Source: Candidatus Saccharimonadales bacterium (GTDB lineage: Bacteria; Patescibacteriota; Saccharimonadia; UBA4664; SCTI01). From it: 64,000 nt of DNA. A model generated the notes under the pieces. That model saw nothing but the letters and a program-made list of their open reading frames with translations. It did not search any database and was not told where the DNA came from. The first letter of the stretch is position 1. The number at the start of each line of letters is the position of its first letter. The stretch lies in contig DATIII010000008.1 of assembly GCA_035479795.1 (NCBI GenBank), forward strand, positions 30,487-94,486. The letters run 5' to 3'. The translations under genes were made by a program, and so were the position numbers. Below are positions 60,371 through 64,000 of this stretch, piece by piece.

Positions 60371-60377
60371 TAAGAAC

Positions 60378-63300
60378 CTATTGAATAACTTTAGCAACCC
60401 TACCGTCGGCAACAGCCGAGCGGAGTTTGGCCAGCAAGTCCTCATTGGCAGCTACTTTGATTGGTAGCTTCAACTTTTTAGGCGGGTTGCCAGGCATTAC
60501 CAGATAGGCTGTATCTTGGCCCGGGGCGTCGGCCAGAATGTCCTTAATCTTTGACAACACAGCCGGATCAGATGTATTTGAGAGTTGGATTTCGATGCCA
60601 ATTGCGACAGGGAGGTCACCGTCGGGAGCAACTGAGGGGATGGGATCCTTGGTTTCAGGTTCAGGCTTATAAACTGGCTTGCCAGAGGGTTTGTAGCCTT
60701 TGGCGGTGTCATAATCAATAATCTTGGCCTTATCTACCATAATCTTGATCTCACCGACGCGGCCATCGCGATCCTTAGTTGAAATCTTCCCATCTACTTC
60801 CACAACCTGATCCGTTTCCCAGAGTCCGGGATTCTTTTCATAGGCCTTTGGGAAGACGATCAGTTCCAGCGATCCCGATTTGTCCTCAAGCCCTACAAAG
60901 GCCATAACGGCATTATTTTTGGTGGTAATTTTGCGAACGGTGGTTATCATCCCGCCAACGGTGGCTTGGCGACCTTCCATATCTGTGGTTAAGACCTTAA
61001 TTGGCACCATCTTGTCATTAAGGTAGGCGTCGTAATCATCCAGCGGATGGTGCGACAGGTAGAGACCCAGCAGTTCACGTTCCCAGCCCAGCTGCTCGCG
61101 AGGATTTGCCGCCACGGCTGGTAATTCCAGGTGTAAGCCGGGGAGATTGTCTTCAACTCCCAGCGATCCAAAGATATCGATCTGGCCGCTCAGGGCGTTC
61201 TTTTGGGCCTTGGAGGCATAGGAAACCACCATGTCCAGGTTATGCAGTAGCTGGCTGCGCTCGCCAAAGCTGTCCATGGCCCCGGACTTGACCAAGGCTT
61301 CCCAAACTTTTCGGTTGCACTCAGCGGCGCTAACCCGCTTGGCGAAATCTTCCACGCCGGTAAATTCTCCGCCAGCTTCGCGAGCCGCCACAATAGCTTC
61401 GATGGCGCCGAGGCCAACATTTTTAATAGCTGATAAACCGAACCGAATATCACCTGTCTCGGGCGAGACTGAGAACTGGGAAAAGCTTTGATTGACATCT
61501 GGCGGCAGAACTTTTAAGCCCATGCGACGGCATTCGGCCACCTCTATTGCAATGCGGTCAATGTTGCCATAATCGCTGGTCATCAAGGCGGCCATGAAGG
61601 CGCTGGGGTAATGAGCCTTAAGATAGGCAGTTTGGACCGCAATTAGCGCGTAGCAGGCTGAGTGAGACTTGTTAAAACAGTAGTCAGCAAAGGGCATTAG
61701 CTGGTCATGCCAGAAGCTTTCGGCAAAACCGCGTTCCACACCGGAAACCTTGATCATGCCCTCAATAAAGTCCTTCTCCATCTTCTTCATAGTTTCGCGT
61801 TGCTTCTTACCAATGGCCTTACGCAAGGTATCGGCCTGGCCGCCAGTAAAGCCACACATATCTTTACTGATCTGCATGAACTGCTCTTGGTAAACCAAAA
61901 CGCCGTAGGTATTGCCCAACGCCGCTTCCATACCCGGATGGTCATAAACCACCTTTTTGCGACCATGCTTGCGGTCGATGAAGTCTGGGATGAACTGCAG
62001 CGGGCCCGGACGATACAACGCACACATGGCGATAATGTCGTCAAAAGTAGTGGGCTTAAGTTCGCGCAGGTAGCGCTTCATGCCGGCTGATTCCAGCTGA
62101 AAGACCCCGGTGGTATCGCCGCGGGCCATCAGCTGATAGCTTTTTTCATCATCCAGCGGAATATCGGCCACGTCGATCGACACGCCGTAGACCTTTTTAA
62201 TAATCCGCAGGGTATTTTTAATGATGGTTAAGTTGGACAGTCCCAAGAAGTCCATCTTTAGCAGACCAAGCTGCTCGATCGGTCCCATGGAGTATTGGGT
62301 GCAAATGCCACCTTTTTGAGCACGCTGCAACGGCGTAAAGGTCACAATGTCTTCGGGAGCGATAACCACGCCCGCGGCGTGGACGCCATTGGAGCGAATC
62401 GTGCCCTCCAGCTGACCAGCCAGATCGATTAGTCGCTTGGTGCGGGGATTTCCTTCGTATTCAGCCTTTAGTTCAGGGTCGTCTTTGACCGATTTGTGCA
62501 GAGGGATGTGCCGACCTTGGATTGGTGCCGGAACAATCTTGGCCACACTGTCTACCTCGGCGTAAGGCATCCCCAGCGCCCGCCCGGTGTCGCGCACGGC
62601 AGCCCGAGCGGCCATGGTGCCAAAGGTAATGATTTGGGCCACTCGATCTTGGCCATACTTTTCGGTAACATAGGCGATCACTTCGTCGCGGCGGTCGTCT
62701 TGAAAATCGATGTCGATATCCGGCATAGAAATACGATCGGGGTTCAAGAAACGCTCAAACAGCAGATCATATTCCAGAGGATCCAGATCAGTCACGTTAA
62801 GTGCAAAGGCTACAATGGATCCAGCAGCCGAACCACGGCCCGGGCCAATAATAATTCCTTGATTCTTCCCCCAGTTGATAAAGTCGGCCACGATCAAGAA
62901 GTAACCCTCGTAGCCCATCTTGGAGATGACCTCCAGCTCATAATCCATGCGGTTAACAAATTTGGGATCCAATTCCTGACGGGCTCGCTCTTCGGTAACG
63001 GTGTGCATGTCTTCTTTAGGAATATCCCCATAACGCCACATCAAGCCTTGCCAACACAACTGGTGCAGGTATTGCTTTTCGGTTTGGCCAGTGGGGACCT
63101 CAAATTTGGGAATCAGAATGCGATCGAGAGGCAGCTCAATGTCGCAGGCCTCGGCAATCTTCACTGTGTTGCTGATAGCCTCCGGCACATGCTGCCAGCG
63201 ACTAGCAATATCGGCCCCACTTTTAATGTAGAGCGCCATTTCCATTTCCATCCGGTCGGTATCGCCAATGGTCTTGCCAGTTTGGACGCAAAGCAGGACC

Positions 63301-63998
63301 TCGTGAGCTTCGCGGTCACCATGACCGGTGTAATGCGAATCGGCCGTAACTACCAGCGGTACACCGGTGGTTTTCGAAAGCTCAATTAAGCCCGCGTTAA
63401 TTTGTTTTTGCGGCTCCCACTCCTCATGGTCCTGGAGCTCTAAGTAGTAATTGCCCTCACCAAAAGTATCGCGATACCACTCGATGGCTTCTTGAGCTTC
63501 CTTCATGGCACCGTTCAAGATATGTCGAGCCACCTCGCCCGAGGCGCAACCAGATAAGGCAATAATTCCGTCTTTAAGTTCAGTCAGGAGTTCGCGGTCC
63601 ACCCGCGGCTTGTAATAAAAGCCATCCAGATGGGCTCGAGTCGATAGCCGCATCAGGTTTTGATACCCTTCAAAGTTTTTGGCCAGCAGGATCAAGTGAA
63701 AGGGGTTGGCATCAATCTTACCGGCCTTGTCCTGCATACTGCGTGGCGCCACATAGGCTTCGAGTCCGATAACCGGCTTGATCCCGCGCTTCTTGGACTC
63801 ATTGTAAAACTCAATCGCCCCGGACAATGTGCCGTGATCAGTCAACGCCACCGAGTCCATACCGAGCTCCTTTACACGATCAAGCATACCCGGCACCTTT
63901 TGCAGCCCATCAAGCAGGCTGTAGTGGCTGTGGTTATGCAAATGGACGAACGGCACGGTGGCTTCCCTGTCGCCACCCACCCGGGTTTCTGTACTCAC
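60378..63998 (-). CDS. dnaE: DNA polymerase III alpha subunit (DnaE)
   Basis: PHP domain (VHLHNHSHYSLLDG…), polymerase core, and an OB-fold C-terminus; 1206 aa. Confidence 0.95.
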   Translation of the reverse strand: MSTETRVGGDREATVPFVHLHNHSHYSLLDGLQKVPGMLDRVKELGMDSVALTDHGTLSGAIEFYNESKKRGIKPVIGLEAYVAPRSMQDKAGKIDANPFHLILLAKNFEGYQNLMRLSTRAHLDGFYYKPRVDRELLTELKDGIIALSGCASGEVARHILNGAMKEAQEAIEWYRDTFGEGNYYLELQDHEEWEPQKQINAGLIELSKTTGVPLVVTADSHYTGHGDREAHEVLLCVQTGKTIGDTDRMEMEMALYIKSGADIASRWQHVPEAISNTVKIAEACDIELPLDRILIPKFEVPTGQTEKQYLHQLCWQGLMWRYGDIPKEDMHTVTEERARQELDPKFVNRMDYELEVISKMGYEGYFLIVADFINWGKNQGIIIGPGRGSAAGSIVAFALNVTDLDPLEYDLLFERFLNPDRISMPDIDIDFQDDRRDEVIAYVTEKYGQDRVAQIITFGTMAARAAVRDTGRALGMPYAEVDSVAKIVPAPIQGRHIPLHKSVKDDPELKAEYEGNPRTKRLIDLAGQLEGTIRSNGVHAAGVVIAPEDIVTFTPLQRAQKGGICTQYSMGPIEQLGLLKMDFLGLSNLTIIKNTLRIIKKVYGVSIDVADIPLDDEKSYQLMARGDTTGVFQLESAGMKRYLRELKPTTFDDIIAMCALYRPGPLQFIPDFIDRKHGRKKVVYDHPGMEAALGNTYGVLVYQEQFMQISKDMCGFTGGQADTLRKAIGKKQRETMKKMEKDFIEGMIKVSGVERGFAESFWHDQLMPFADYCFNKSHSACYALIAVQTAYLKAHYPSAFMAALMTSDYGNIDRIAIEVAECRRMGLKVLPPDVNQSFSQFSVSPETGDIRFGLSAIKNVGLGAIEAIVAAREAGGEFTGVEDFAKRVSAAECNRKVWEALVKSGAMDSFGERSQLLHNLDMVVSYASKAQKNALSGQIDIFGSLGVEDNLPGLHLELPAVAANPREQLGWERELLGLYLSHHPLDDYDAYLNDKMVPIKVLTTDMEGRQATVGGMITTVRKITTKNNAVMAFVGLEDKSGSLELIVFPKAYEKNPGLWETDQVVEVDGKISTKDRDGRVGEIKIMVDKAKIIDYDTAKGYKPSGKPVYKPEPETKDPIPSVAPDGDLPVAIGIEIQLSNTSDPAVLSKIKDILADAPGQDTAYLVMPGNPPKKLKLPIKVAANEDLLAKLRSAVADGRVAKVIQ

Positions 63999-64000
63999 AC

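Noticed and set aside
59044-60377. Group II intron or DGR interpretation of the RT locus
   Set aside because: - **Group II intron:** the RT is only 363 aa with no X/En domains, and rplS begins at the RT stop, so there is no room for intron domains V/VI.
- **DGR:** motif 4 is canonical QGxxxSP rather than the DGR xGxxxSQ form, and no TR/VR near-repeat pair was noticed nearby. I cannot exclude a repeat without a computed self-alignment.

Overview
This 64 kb window looks like chromosomal sequence from a small-genome Gram-positive-like bacterium, most plausibly of the Candidate Phyla Radiation (Saccharibacteria/TM7-like); I put this at roughly 0.5 confidence. Ribosomal protein L30 is absent between rpsE and rplO, adk and map are absent between secY and infA, several r-proteins carry terminal extensions, and sortase, PBP1A and ClpC are present. 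Nearly everything is on the minus strand. The annotated content is:

- **Surface/sortase start:** a partial surface protein and its translationally coupled sortase (1-1682).
- **tpr-holB-rluD-trk operon:** four overlapping minus-strand genes (1690-5128).
- **Ribosomal block:** rpsI-rplM-rplQ-rpoA-rpsD-rpsK-rpsM-rpmJ-infA-secY-rplO-...-rplC, i.e. the alpha/spc/S10 operons (5280-19394).
- **S10 split:** an unusual 3 kb insert (rarA plus four small membrane proteins) separating rplC from rpsJ.
- **str/rpo region:** tuf, then a 2.8 kb GC-rich four-gene island sitting between tuf and fusA, then fusA-rpsG-rpsL-rpoC-rpoB.
- **Proteostasis and repair genes:** clpP, tig, tRNA-Leu(UAG), rsmD, recG, tyrS, a PBP1A with an apparent 3' frameshift, the clpC-radA-yacL operon preceded by a CIRCE (HrcA) operator, nusA and pepF.
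- **rplS neighbourhood:** yraN-rnhB-rplS, followed by a 363-aa stand-alone reverse transcriptase whose upstream 240 nt carries a promoter and a long-range inverted-repeat-closed structured RNA (retron/DRT-like), then dnaE.

The most interesting candidates for something new are that RT-plus-ncRNA module inserted between dnaE and rplS, and the compositionally foreign island splitting the ultra-conserved fusA-tuf junction. That island contains a hyper-acidic protein, a CHC2 zinc-finger mini-protein and a 2-TM protein, and part of it is flanked by inverted repeats. All coordinates were derived by hand against the ORF track; no searches or folding were run.
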